Source: Vicugna vicugna (taxonomy: Eukaryota). Taken from it: 64,000 nt of DNA. Below, in pieces: positions 40,653-54,529 of this stretch. Location of the stretch: the NCBI GenBank assembly GCA_013265495.1, contig MU058781.1, positions 848,963-912,962 of the forward strand, read 5' to 3'. Under the pieces are notes generated by a model. That model was given only the letters and a program-made list of their open reading frames with translations. It made no database searches and had not been told where the DNA came from. The first letter of the stretch is position 1. Every line of letters begins with the position of its first letter. The position numbers were made by a program, and so were the translations under genes.

Positions 40653-41166
40653 CGTAACAAAGAAGAACAAATCTGACTCCATATTAGATCTGTTCCTTTA
40701 GCCCTAACCCTGGGCTCAGTTTCCTGTGCTGAGTCATGCTGATTCTGCACTTTTAGCAAAAGAATGTTGCCTAGAGCCTGAAAAATACAAGATAACCCAT
40801 TCTCAAGGCTCTGACCTTTAAGGGCATAACCCTTTCCCATTCAGACAGAGATTTAAAACTTGCAGAACAGAGAGCAGCATGTGTCTTGAGGGAGGGTTAC
40901 AGAAACACCATGACCTGACCTACGCGGACAGCTGCGAGAACCAAGGACATCGACACCAAAAAGCTGCAACAACCAGCACACCCCTTCCATTTTTTAGAAT
41001 AAAAAGAGCCTGAATTCTGACTTGGGGAAGATGGTTCTCAAGCACATTAATCCTCCATCTTCTCAGCCTGCTTGCTTTCCAAATAAACTTGTTAGTCCTT
41101 GCCTCAACACCTCATCTCCCAATTTATTGGCCTGCAGTGAGCAGAATGAGTTTGGACTGGACCACA
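40653..41166 (+). mobile_element. ERV1-class solo LTR, MER41-like
   Basis: (c)gtaacaaagaagaacaaatctgactccatatt...ggggaagatggttctc...ccatcttctcagcctgcttgctttccaaataaa...ccttgcctcaacac...aatttattggcctg...gagtttggactggaccaca. About 510 bp, inserted in a (CA)-rich site. Confidence 0.75.
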
Positions 41167-44110
41167 CACACACACTAGCTCTAAACTGTGACTGGAGATG
41201 TCCTTGCTCCTGTATTGCATCAATTCTATTCAACCTACTATGTCAGGTCTTCGGACTCTTGCTCAGAGTTCCCTAGTGTGCAGACTTGCCTGCCATGAAG
41301 CGTCCTTTCTTAAGCTGAAACTGAATCTTGAAAACAGTGTTAGTGTGTTTAAAGTCCGGCCGATTCACACGCAGAAGTGCTAGTGTGCTTTTCAACACCA
41401 TAGCTTCCGAACATCCAAGCAACTGAAATCGTCACTGTTCTTTTACTTAACCTACACACTGCTTCAAACACTGCCGTTTATAAAGCAGTAATGAAAATAA
41501 CAAGTCTATAAACTTGTGCTTAACGGCAGGGGTTTTGCACTTCCAGGTCTTCAGACCTGTATTTATGCAGTGATTTATATTGAGGGGAATTAAGGAAACA
41601 GGATAAAGAGGGGGAGAAGAGGAGGGAACACTCCAAGGGGCCCTGCATGTGTGTGTTATGTGTCGTCATGGAAAAGAAACAGCAGGAGGAATGAGAAAAA
41701 TCAGGGAAAAGAAACTCAGAGACCTTTGGCCAGGAAACCCCTTGGCTGTGGCAAAACAAAAACAAACAAAACACAACACAGCACAACACAACCCCTCCCC
41801 CTACAAAAACATGTGATGTCTGTAAATACACTGAAAACCCTAGAGCCATGTGGGGCGAGAGAAGCCACTTAAGCAACGGCCGCTGCAGTTACTTTTACAT
41901 ACATGGCAGGGAATCAGCGCTGTCTGCCTTTTGGAAGTGGGCGACGGTGCATATTTTGAATCTGCAAGCAGTTTTGATCTGAGGTACACATTTTAGGTGG
42001 TGTCCAAGGGAGACGGGTTAAATGGAGGTTATTGGGAAGGGAATGGCAAAACCACTGCATTAAACGATCTTCTTTATTTAAAGGTAAAGGGGCTAAAAAC
42101 TGATGCACTGGGTGATTTCATGTATCTTCACAGTTATTTTGTTCCTGGACCTTGAAGCCACCGCACTAGCTTTTTATGCTCCATGTTTTCTTCACCGACA
42201 CAAGGACGCAAGAGTGTCCTAAAAGAGAGGCCAAGGAAGAAAGTATCTCAAATCTACTGTCCAGATCCCAAGTCCATCCTGTGAGCGGCCTTACCTTCCA
42301 ACGTCTTACTTATTGGAATAATGTTAAGATGTCTTCCTTGTCCAGACAGTGACGCCGACGTCAACAGCGAAGGCAAATAACTGCTTCGCGTGGCTTTCCT
42401 GCTGTGCACAGAATTGGCCACTCTTTCAGTATTGCCTCTCAGTCTTCTCATTTAAGTTCTTTGGGAGCAAAATAGCAAGCTTTTAGTCTACTTTCTGAGG
42501 ACTCCTTGTTTCAGGAAGATGCCTTTATTGTTGTCATTATCTACCTAAATATGTTGAGACACATAAAGTATTCATGTGACTTTGAAATCTTCCTCCATTA
42601 AGTTTACAGGATTCAGGTAAAAAGCTGGTATTCTGGTCCTTGAGTGGTTTTCCATGATCTGGAAAAGTCTTCCTACCTGTGGGACCTCATCAAGGTCTTC
42701 CGAGTGCTTCTCTACTGGCTCTTACCACGGGAGCAGGCCCTGCTCACCATCAGTGCTCGGGGAGCAACACTGCAATTCCAAGTTGGCTAGAATGAAAAAC
42801 TGAAAACCCCGCTCCCTAATGCTTGACGCTTGATGTCTTGGCAAATCAGCTGTGATTCCCAGGTTGAGCATCTTGCAGAGGTCATTATTCAGGAGGTTTT
42901 CATTCGTTCCCTGAAACATTCTGATACTTGAAAAGATCTTGCCTGGCAAAATGTCCCAGATTTCAGCCCTGAATGTGACATTTATTATGATGGGCAAGTC
43001 ATTTCTCTGAGTCTCACTAATTTCCCTCCCCTGTGAAATTGTCTGACCCAATCCCTCAAGGTTTCTCTAAGGAAGACATAAAATAATACTAACAGCAATA
43101 AAGACCCTAATGTGTGCCATTACAATGTGAGGCACTATTATTCTTTCCAATGTTTTAAGTGAAAATCTACAAATTGCTTACAGTTCCATGGGGATATTCA
43201 AATAACTGTTAGATCATAGAAGTAAAATCTTTGGGGTTAAAAATAATAACAGAGCCAAGGAAAAGGCATACCCTTCTCTGGAACAGTTTTGTTTTCTTAT
43301 GATCATCCTTCCACACTCTGACTTGTTAAACAATGTTCCCATCCACACATTTGTATAATGCTCTTGCAGTATAAGGTAATTCTTCATCAAAAGCAAGGCA
43401 GATATAAACACTTCCTTCCACTCGAATTACCTAACAGCATAACTCTCTGTGCTTCACTATTCCACTGGGAAGCAATTATAAATTTAGTTGGGGCCAGGGA
43501 ACACTTTATCAAAAACAACATAAAAGAATTACATGAAGAAATATTTGTTGAGTGTTTCTGTGTTTGTTAAACATCTGAAAATCATATTTATGCCTTTTGG
43601 GAAATATCTATTAATGAAAAAGTAATTTGTCTGTTTATACAATATAGACTATCATTTGTTAAGCCAATAAATTTATAATGATTAGGCTGAAGGTAAAAAT
43701 CCTAAACACAAAGTCCTCTTCCACCGTTATATTGCACATTCAGAAATGTCAGGATTGGCGAAGTCTAGAAGTTGGAAGACACAATTAATAAAAATGCTTC
43801 GATTCAATTGTTTAGCTTCCCCCATCATGTTTCCTCATTACATTCCTCTTAAAAAAATTTACTAGTGGCAATTTTCCTAAATATTGAAAATGGGAAATAC
43901 TAGTGGCTGACAAGACCACTTCAAAGAATGTGTTGGCATTACCATCATCATCACAGTAGAGAGGCTTACACGGTCCTTCTGCGTGAGGGATACGCGTCAT
44001 ATTTTTTGGCTTCTGCCCAACAATAAGAAAGTGGTTATGCATAGAGTTTTTCAAAGAATGAAGAAAGGAAGGAAGAAACAGAGGAGGGGCGGAATGAAGA
44101 ACAGAAAGGA

Positions 44111-44160
44111 GGAAGGAAGGAAGGAAGGAAGGAAGGAAGGAAGGAAGGAAGGAAGGAAGG
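44111..44160 (+). repeat. (GGAA)12 microsatellite
   Basis: Directly visible. Confidence 0.95.
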
Positions 44161-45609
44161 GACTACCACGGCCTAAACTATTGGGTGACTTGGTTCAGCC
44201 ATAAAATTTCCATTTAGTGCTAAAACCCAAAACTTTCCTCTAATATTTATTCATGCAGAGAGGAGGTAATGCCTTCTCTGTGAATTCAATACATCAGATA
44301 GACACTAGCCTGGGATTTTGGGACCCCTACACCAAAACAAAACAAACCCAAGAAACATGCTGTTGATCTGTTCCTCCCCTGGACAACTAAATGTCACAGA
44401 TGATTTGTAGAGCTTAGATTTGATACAAATTTTTCCTGGTGAATAGTAGGCAGATGGGTTAAACTGTGTGGTAAATCAGGATACATTGTAGCGAACGCAG
44501 CATGTCCTGCCAGCAAGAATCAGAAATACTCCGCACTGCGAACAGGACGTAAACTCTGAATGTTCACTCCTGCTTGTGCCAGCCGCTTCGGGACAGACTG
44601 GCCTTCAGTGTTTGCCTAATAGACACAACTGATCTTGAAAAAATTGAGAAAAGGCAAACAGAAATTCAGCATTTGCTTTTGAACACTTGAAAAAAACATC
44701 TTGAGGGCAATAACTACATTAGTTTATGACAACGAAGCTCTTTATGCGTCGTGGCAAAAATTTCAGTAAAGTGCACTGTTCCTTCATGACTATTCCTGGC
44801 CTCTGGTGAAATGGTTTGTTTATCCATGTAAGTGTTGCAGAAAACAGCACCTCCCTTCCAGGTATGGTGATTAAGAAGATGATATTAAACTGTTAATTGG
44901 ATCAATCTCCACCGTTGCATCCACATAATTAATGTTTGTTACAAGACTAAAACGATCTGACATTCTTCTAGGAAGAGAAAAAAGTTCCAACAAAATTTTG
45001 ATATTTTAAGTGAAAACTGTAGTAGGTATTTCCTATGACCCTGAAGCTATGGAAGTAAAAATGAGCCCCAGAAGGCACTGTTATCAGAACAGAATCAATT
45101 CTCTGTCTGCCCTGGTGATCTCTAGAATTATTCCCTCTTACATGATTGCATGGTCTGCAACACTAGACTATCAAAAGTACTAGCATGAGGCTCAAAACAG
45201 AAAACAGCTTACACTATTACTAATATTTTTTGTTTCCTTGGCATTTATTATTGAACCTTGGGGTTACAGTCTTTTAGGCTATGTTTCTCTAAAACCCCTT
45301 AAAAAAAAATCGTAGGAGGGTAGAAAGACAACTTGGAGTCTTCAGGTCTTAGAAAAAGAGAATATAGATTATGTGTATATATACAGTTGTTCATCAATTC
45401 TGAGTATCCAAATATCCCCTGTAGTAGTCTGACCGTCTTAAAAGATGTGAGGGAGCAGCAATATGTATTTTTGTCTCCACAGAGTCCACCTGCTGACTCA
45501 TGGGAATTTGTAGGAGAGGTGAGTCTTCTCTGTTTACCAAGCCTTGGCACTCCAGCTGGCCAAGAGAAGGACCAGAGGAAGATGAGGGAGGGATCAGGGC
45601 TCTAACAGG

Positions 45610-46010
45610 CATGTTCAGTTCAAGTCAACGTTACTTGAATGTTTAACGTGTGAGGGTTCCTATCCCAGCACTGGGACAGAAGCGGATATCCTGAAGAAAC
45701 TGGACAACCTAAGGAACGTTCAATTAGGAAGGAAAGAAATGACATTTAGGGAAAAACATAAAATATGATCAGAATATGATCAACATAAAGCTTTTACTGG
45801 TCTGAATACATGGAGATGGTGAAACTGATTTCTGTTGGCTTGGTCGGGCAGATTCTGGAAAGCTTCCTAGAGGAGCTGATATCCAGTTTGCCCTTGAGAT
45901 GCATGGGATTTTGAGGGGGCAAGATTGTGGGGAAGGGGGTTTCATATAAGAAACAGGACTGCAGAGGCCTAGAGATAGAAATGTTAAATGCATATTTCAG
46001 AAAAAGGAAA
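45610..46010 (-). mobile_element. L2 remnant
   Basis: cagattctggaaagcttcctagaggagctgatatccagtttgcccttgagatgcatgggattt. Confidence 0.55.
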
Positions 46011-46189
46011 TATCCAAGCATTGAAAAGGTTATATTAGGTAGAACTCTCTAGAATCAAACCAGATGTGCTCTGTACACCTTAAGTACCTGGAACATTTTT
46101 GCTTAAACTAAAAGCCAAAAAAAAAAAAAAATCCCGGAAATCCTATGAGTTTTATTTTTAGATCAACTTTTTCATTTCCATGATAATAT

Positions 46190-46329
46190 CTGAAGTGATG
46201 AAAATATTCTAAAATTAGATTACAGCAATGATTGCAGAACTCTGTAAACATGATAAAAACCACTGAATTGGGCACTTTAAGTGGGTGGACGTTATGGTAT
46301 GTAAATTATATTTTAATGAAGATGTTAAA
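46190..46329 (+). mobile_element. L1MB-like 3' end
   Basis: gtgatgaaaatattctaaaattagatt..gattgcagaactctgtaaa..aaaaccactgaattgggcactttaagtgggtggacgttatggtatgtaaattata. Confidence 0.8.
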
Positions 46330-48159
46330 GTTGATTTTACCCAGTTTAAAGAGGGAAAAATGTTTTAAAATAATGAAATAAGGCTTTCATTACTTAACGC
46401 AATGCTTGTCATACTATAGTCTGCTGACCACTATGAAGTTCTTAGCTCTATTTTAAGGGATGCCCAAGAATTCCTCTAAAAGGAGTCTTAGCTTATTTCT
46501 AGGATATTCAGGCATAAGATGGCAATTAAGAGATGGAAAGGAGTGTTTTAAAAGTAGGATATACACGTTAAAAGAAATTGTCAACAGGAACAATTTGGTT
46601 TGCATGTTAAAAATTCCTCTGGTAATACATGACACAAAGAAGTGGTATGAGTTGAACCAGTGCACATATAGCAGATACCAGTATCTCCATCCCTGATTGG
46701 ATTGTGGCTGTTTTCCCATGTAGACTGCCCGGAGTTTAAAACCTGCTCCCTCTTCATCAAGGGTAGTTACTTTCCTATACTTAGATTCTCTTGTCTTTCC
46801 CTTTAGACTTTGCAGTATCTAAAGCATTCTATAATTAAAAAAAAAACAAAACCTGAAAGTTTAGTTTAAAATTTCATTCTTTGTTTATAAAAAGACGACT
46901 TACTGACATATCTCACTTCATCCTAATGACAAAAATAAGCTTATTGCTCACAATTTTCTATGCGACTGAGATAATTAGAAGAGACCTGGAAAGGAATCCC
47001 AGCCAAATATGAACAACCAAAGGTTGGAAGACAATCTAGAAGGAGCCAACTTTTGGAGAGGGCAGACTTTATTTATTTGATAAATCATGAAATATTTACC
47101 AATAAAACCCAGAAACATAATTTTCATAGCAAGAAATTAAAAGTAATTAAGCTTCTGAAGCAAAGGGACGGATGAGTCATAGATCAAGCTGGTGACAGGT
47201 TGTTGAGTGACAATGAGAGCTTTCCCAACAGCTTGCCTGAGAAGAAGCCAAGGGACCAGCCGGGAAACTAGGAACTAAATGTAGATGGCGGTGCGTGTCA
47301 CTTGGAGCACCGCATTGTGCTGTCGCTGCCAAATGTACAGCAGGAACAGTCACAGCAGCTTAGCTGTGTTTTAGGACCTAATCAAGGCATAAACCACAAC
47401 TGCTGCTGTTGGCGGTGACAATGGAAACCACACTGCATTTTAATTGGAAAGGAGGAAATGTGGACCAAGAGAAACAACCAACCAAATCTCACTGGAGAAA
47501 CAAAGTGTGACCGGGTTCTGCCACCAAAGTAAGCAATGTGCATGTTTCCTCCAATCTTGAAAGATATCCGTCAGGATGGACCAGGAGACGTGCTGTGAAT
47601 ACGCTGGCCTATATGTTCCTACAACACTGATGCTGTCTATGATTTTCTTTCCTCCCTGGATGAAGATACATCATAAGCCCATTATGCAGCAGACAGATTG
47701 TCATGGTTCAAACACCTGTTTGTGAGCATAGCATGAACTGCTGGTTTTGTCTGTTTCATATTCTTTCTGCAGAATGGATGTTCCTGAACAGTGTGAAGTG
47801 GTGGCTTGTGAAGGATTTTAAATGGTGCATGATGTATTTTCCTTTCAAGGAGGAGTTTTATAGGTGCTTTTTTCTTAATTGTGAAAATAGCATGTTATTC
47901 AGCATGAAAATTAATAGGAAATGGATAAAAGCACAAAGAAGACCAAAGGAAGTTATGACCATTTTGACACTTTTAACGTATGTCTCTGTAACTTGTGACT
48001 TCACTTTAAAGTCTTCCATGGGTCACTTTTGCACCAGTTCATACTGAATTACCGGGAACTGTTCACACAGTACGTGAGATACTAACACAGTATGAGTCCA
48101 TTTCTTTCCTATTTATCCAGTCGTAGGGCTTCCTATTGGCTACATCTGTCATGTTCCAA

Positions 48160-48680
48160 CCATACTGAACTCTTTCCTGTGCTCCCAAATAGCGTCACAT
48201 TTTATCCTCCGTTTGAAATGTCCTTTCCCCTCATGGCCAATTTGTCCTGGAACTACTCTTCACCGTAAACACCGAGCTCAGTCACCTACGTTGTGAGATC
48301 GTCAATGGCCCTTTCAAATGGATTCATACTATTTTTGTTTAAGCTACCACAGTACTATCCAGCAAGTAGCTCTATTATTCCACTGTCTTACTGTACTGCT
48401 GTTATATTTTCACTTATTTATCTTCCTTATTGGACTACAAGGAAAGAGACACTGTTTCGTCTTTTTCATTTGCACCTAAGAAAAGTGTATACTTCCTAAA
48501 AGATGGTCAATTAAAAAGTGATGAATAAGTGAATGGATGGATAAATAAAGTTACTTCATCTGAATCTCAGTTTTCTCATCAGAGCAGTAACAACCACATA
48601 TGTTTGTTTTGAGAATTAAATGAACCAACGTATAAATTGCTTGACATGGGAACCACAGTAATAGCTATTTATTTGCTCCC
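48160..48680 (+). mobile_element. L2 3' end followed by a MIR fragment
   Basis: gaaatgtcctttccc...agctcagtcacct...tgatgaataagtgaatggatgg, then aagttacttcatctgaatctcagttttctcatc. Confidence 0.6.
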
Positions 48681-51149
48681 TTCATTCCTAAGGAAATATT
48701 AATTAAATTCTAAGAATTGTTTTTTAATGCTCTTTGACCTACCAAAATGTGAGTGTTGAGTCAAACAAGTGATTTCTCTGAACAAGTAGTAATGCTATGG
48801 TGACATTAATTTATCCAAGCTTTGTGACTGCTAAAAGCCCAAAGAACACCCTATAGAAATTAAATAAGTAAAAGGAACAAAGAGTAATAGGCCTTGATTG
48901 TATTTTGATGGTATGTTAGTCTCATTAAAACTATACAAATGCAGGTAATGTTGGACACCTTGTGTTTCTCAAATAACACTATAATGTGAAAAAGTGTTTG
49001 ACTTTCATTCTTCCTGGTAAAGAACATTATAATTCCAAAGGGGAAAAAAAAAAGGACATTGTTTAATGCTTTACATGAAATTTCATTTCCCACTACATAA
49101 TTATTAAAAGCTAAGTAGCTTCTGCATTATTAATAAGAATAAATAATAATATGGCAATTAAATAACTATCATTAATGACTTCTTCATTAATATGTTAGTA
49201 GTTGGCTGTTTTATCAAGAAGACAAAGAAATTAGAGTAAGATTGTCAGAAAATTCAGTAAATAATAAAACAGAAAGCTGTGTATTGTGTCTCAGTTAATT
49301 ACAAATATGTCTGATTTTTAGGGGCCACTAAAGAAAAAATTTGCATACTAAGAACAGAAGTAGTTCAAAGCTAATAGGTGCTTTGTGACAAACAAAACTC
49401 TCTTATGTCTCTTTGAGTTTAAGTTTGTTTACTCTTCGAAAAACTTGATTTCCTGTGTCTGAGGAAAATAAGCTTATAAAAAAGATGAAAAGACCGCTAT
49501 ATAGCACTCCAGTAAAGGGAGGCTACCAAATTAAGTGTTAATGAATCGAAAACATATGGATTACACTTCACTTCAAATAGAAATGATTTTAGAATCAGGG
49601 GGAAAGTACGCAGCAAATTGTAAATAGGTCTTTGTCAATCTTAAAACACAAACATTTGAGGCATCTTCAGAAAGCTCTTCGTTACTACTTTCTTTAATCA
49701 TTACCTATCATTTTCATTTTATAGAAGAGCTCAATCTCTCCCCATCCAAATGACCTTTCAAAAGTTTGACAATGCATTGGGTAAGTTATAAACAAACATC
49801 CCAGAAGTTCAGAGATAAAGATCAAGGGAGAAATGTGTATCAATTAACCTAAACCACTATGCCATCACAGAACACTTCCCTCTGTTCCTCGTTTATCATG
49901 ACTTAAAAGACCCAAGTCAAAGAGAAATGTCAGCTATCATATACCTTTTTAGAATCATCCTCTTTTAAACACATATATATTTTCAAATGCAGTGAAGATT
50001 TCTATTTTCAAATTAGTTAGATCAACATCAATCTGTCTATTGTGCAAGAATTGGAATTTATATGATCTTAGTAGTTCTGATTTCAGTCCACCTGTATACA
50101 AAAGCCTTTAAAAGATAACTGTCTTCATGCCTCTGTAAATTGGGAATTTGTTTACTGCAAGAAGAATGTAACCTTGGATATGGAGTTCAGAATATATATT
50201 TGGTTACTGAGCAGAAACCTCTTTATTTAAGATATTTTAGGCTGTATTGACTCAAGTCTCTAAGAAACACCCTTTACTTGAAAAAAAAAAAAAAGAATGT
50301 TCTTCAATGCAGCAATGTTTTTAGCACCTAGTCTACTGATTTCTCATCAAAGAACCATTCATTCACCTTCCTACATCGCTGCTCGTATCTCTCACTAAGG
50401 ATTCTATTCTGGAGCCTAAGATGCTATGCTTGTGGAAGCCTGAATTCAGTGCCTGACACTTAGTGTAAAAAGCCTTTTGGTCAGTTGGAAGTGGGCGCCT
50501 CTGCAGGGAAGCCTGACTGTAAAAGTCTACTGAACGGCAGTCGGGGACCAGAAGAGCTGCATGTAGATGGCTTCAGTGCTCACCTTTTGCTCTTCTGCTG
50601 TCAGGAATTAAGATGCTCTTTGGCTCTGATTGAATCAGGCCCTGCTTCCCACCTCCTATAATCAATGCAGCCTGTTGGTGCCTGGTACCAACAAGATCCA
50701 AGGGTTCTGGTTTGGCAGTCACCACCAAGTCACCTACCATTTTGGATTCAGTATGCTTCCTCATTCCCATTTCCATTCGCTCCCACATGCCACTTCTAAT
50801 GCCATACTTGGTTAGGTCCAATGTTGCTTGTTACTTAATCCTCACCTACTTTCAAGTCCCCGTCAAGCCTGTAAAATGCTCAAAGCCTTGGACCTGTCCC
50901 CCCACTGCAGGTCAGGATGATGAGCATTTGATGAGGAGCCACAGCCCACAAGTGACTGTGGAATCGAATCAGACAGTTGGAGGATGCCATGGATAATTTA
51001 GACCTTTCAGGAATAAACATCTCTTAATGACAGAAAACTGGAGGGTGTATCAGAGTGCATTAAACTGTTTACTCTTTAAGAGGCAAAAGTATCCATTAGA
51101 GCTTTAAAATAGGAAATGTATAAAGTTCAGTGCAAAGGCACCCCAAATT

Positions 51150-51540
51150 CTCCATTGAATGAGTTACTTCTTTTTATTAAAACTTTCAGAGGTTTCCCAC
51201 TGCCTGTGATAAGTGTATAGTCCTCACTTCTGAGCACGTTTCTAGTCTTCCAGTCAATCTACCTCTCCAGGCCGATCTGTCTCCTCCTTTGCAAACTTCT
51301 GCCCTTCGCTCCAGACAAAACAACTTGTTTTCAGTTTTCAGACATGCTTGGTATTTCCTGTCACTATACCTCTACTCATTGTCTCCTTCTGCTCAGAGAT
51401 ATTAATAATAATTGGGTTGATAATATTAAATTCATAGGCTCATTATTTAATAGCAAAGATAGATTATGAATACAGACTTTTGCATGGAAGTCTCTCAAGT
51501 GTCTCCACCCCAAGTCTCCATCAACCTGCTTCCATTTTTT
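51150..51540 (+). mobile_element. L2 remnant carrying a 71-bp insertion at 51405-51475
   Basis: aaactttcagaggtttcccactgcc...tctactcattgtctccttctgctcagagatatt...ggaagtctctc. Confidence 0.5.
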
Positions 51541-52563
51541 TCTGTTTGCTGCCACCTCGCAATTTGTGACCCACATCAAAGCTTGCCCCTCACTCCCTAA
51601 CTGTATTCCCCGAGGAGAGATGAGTAACACTTCCAGGAGAACACGGCAGTCACACACACCACGCACGACACACGGCCCGCAGTCGGCTGTTGATAACAAG
51701 GCTTAGTCTCACCTCTTCATATAATTCATCAGTGAGTGCAGGTTCAGCTTCTCTTCATCATTTCCTTTTATTAAACATTATGAATTGTACATAACCTTCC
51801 TGACAGAATTTCATCACGAATGAACTGAAGAACTCAAACAAGTGTTGTGTTCATTACCCAGGTATACAGAAGTAGTGGATGAACGGCGATTCTTATACAG
51901 GGATAAGAGAACAGGCTGTGTTTCTGTGTGTGTGTGTGATTCCTGTGCACACACATTTAAACAAGAGATGGGCAGCTCCTTCTCAGAGCATCTTATACAC
52001 TTCCATTGTGTAGCCACCCGCTAATAAAACTATTCTAACTTAGAGCAACAAAAATATTAATCCTCATTCATTGCATTTGCTAGTTCTCAGATAATACAGA
52101 CACTTGAGAAACAGACCTTTCAGCTTTTTTGCTTCCCAGTCATGCTGCATGAATGGATCTCTAAATTTACACTCCATTGTCCTGCGATGTACAACCTTCC
52201 TGACTCTCCATCTCTGCCTAACATCCTGCTATTTTTACTAGCTTCAATAGCCCATTTTAAAGTGGTAGTTTTTTTAAGAAAATAATTGCAATGTAAATTA
52301 GTCTTCAACAAATAGTAAGGCACATTTTGGAATTAAGTTCCTAAGTATTGAAGCTTTGGTTCCCGATATATTTTAAACCATTATATAAGTTTAACCAGAG
52401 CCATTCAATCTATGTACCTAGAAATATCATTTCTTCTGTTGCTAATGAAGGTCCTACGGCACAAATTTATTAAAGGTATACGTTTGCATGGGATAATAAT
52501 TGGGTCGACAATATTAAATTCATAGGCTCATTATTTAATTGCAAGGGCAGATTATGAATACAG
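51405..52563 (+). repeat. Dispersed 71-bp direct repeat (51405-51475 and 52493-52563)
   Basis: Hand alignment gives 65/71 identical with no gaps. Confidence 0.95.
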
Positions 52564-53894
52564 CTTCTAAAATGTATTTTAATGAAAAACACTACATCCT
52601 GACCTAATCATATCAACCTTATGCTATCTAATTAAGGATGCAAAAAATCATTAGAGTTGCAAAATATTAGTTCCAGCTCCATCAGGCTGCGAGCTGCCCC
52701 TTCATGAATATATATTTTTTTTACTCCACGATAAATAGTTAATGAGGTAAAAATGACAAAATTTGCATGTAGGCAAATTAGTTTAATAGAAGGATGTCTT
52801 TTCTGACTACTGAAAGTGACCTTTTCCTTCTCAAAAAAATGGCTAAAATACTTTGGAATTATCATCAGGTTGTCTTTGCACAAATGACAAATTGTATGTA
52901 TGAACAATATAAAAATTACACAATGCAATAATCCTAAATTCTCATCATGCTCTAAATGTGTTCCATGCTTTAGCATTTATCAATTTAATAAAAGGAAATT
53001 AAGCATATTATAAAGTGTCCATTTATGTGGCAATTTTTAAACCAGAGCATAAAATTAGAAGCTTGTGGTTAATAGCTAGCAGTGCGGCAAAGCTCTAGAT
53101 CAAGCTTGTAACGCACAAGAATTCTAGACTACTTCCTTGAAATACTTGTATATTAAAATCTCTATCCCACTCTTCATTTAGTATTTTAGACTATAGCTGA
53201 TTGTTCTCAATTCAACTGGTATAATATCTTGAAATTAGTACATCAATTATTCAACAGGGCTACCCTGCTTCCCTACTGAAATAAACTAAGCAAGCAAACA
53301 TAAAACAGATTAAAAAGAATAACATACAAATATTAGTCATAAGGAAGAAAAAGCCTTCGTGGTACAAACACCAGGTCATGAAGAGACGTGACAAACAAAT
53401 AAATGTCTATCCATTTAACTTTGGGAGTGTTTCTGTGCACTTAACAAATGTAACCCCAACAGCAAGAAAACACAGGTGCCCCACAGATTTTCAAACGACC
53501 TGCACAGACATCTCTGAGTCTCATCACTGATGGATGCTGAGTCTATCCGTGTTGTGAAAGGGATGACAGCAATTTACCTAGCTGTATTAATTTCTGTTAA
53601 TGGCCCAACAGAATCTAAGCCAAAATATTTTACTTAAGACACAAGTGCCTTTGATTAAATCGTTTACTTTTGTAACATTTAATCAAATTGTCTTTCCTAT
53701 GATCGATTTGAATGTGTGCGCACAGTCAGCATTATGGACTCGAACCTTGAATGACACTCTCTTCTTGAGTTCTACACTTGTCAATCATGCTTTAGCTAAG
53801 CCATTTTACAAAGAAGGGAATAAATACTAATTTTTAAAAATTAAGGAATTTTGCAATCTCCTTTAATTTTCCTTCTAGCACCTAAGAATTAATT

Positions 53895-53986
53895 TCCCTC
53901 CTCCTTCCCGCTCCCCCTCCTCCTTTCCTTCCTCCTTCTCTCCTCCCCTCCCCCATGTCTCCCTCTCTCTCTCCCTCTCTCTCTTC
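53895..53986 (+). repeat. CT-rich polypyrimidine low-complexity tract
   Basis: tccctcctccttcccgctccccctcctcc...ctctctctctc. Confidence 0.85.
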
Positions 53987-54529
53987 AGCCTTCCCTAGTG
54001 AAAACAAAAATAATAAATGCTAACATAATTCTCTGTTTTCCTCTGTACTCTCTTGTTCAACTCAAATCATTTTGGTACATAACTTTGGATGGCTTCCAAA
54101 TTCTTAAACATCCATGTTGTGAAACTTAATAGTGAAATAAAATGAACTCTATCTACCCCAGGCACTTTGAAATTATCCTAGAGAGAAAGTGCTCTTTGCT
54201 TAATTTTTAGGATCATTTCAAACATTTTGGCCTTTTAAAAATCATGCTGTTAGTCAAGGATTTTTGAAGAAGAAACCAGAATGAATATACAATAAAGTAA
54301 AAATTGTTTTACTTCAAGTCAGGGCCAGTGGTCTTGAAGAAAATGTCTACGGTAATTTTAAACTAATGACCAAATTAACAGAATTCAAGACATATTGAGT
54401 GTTTTATTAGTAAACCCATGTGGATTTTTTTAAAAGCTGATGTTTAGCTTTCTACCAAGTAGAGAACAGGAAGAGGTAGATTTTATGTTTATTATATGAG
54501 CAAACTAAATATGTTCAATAATTCAACGA

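Noticed and set aside
43983..44204. ORF with (KEGR)n repeats
   Set aside because: Translation of the (GGAA)n microsatellite.
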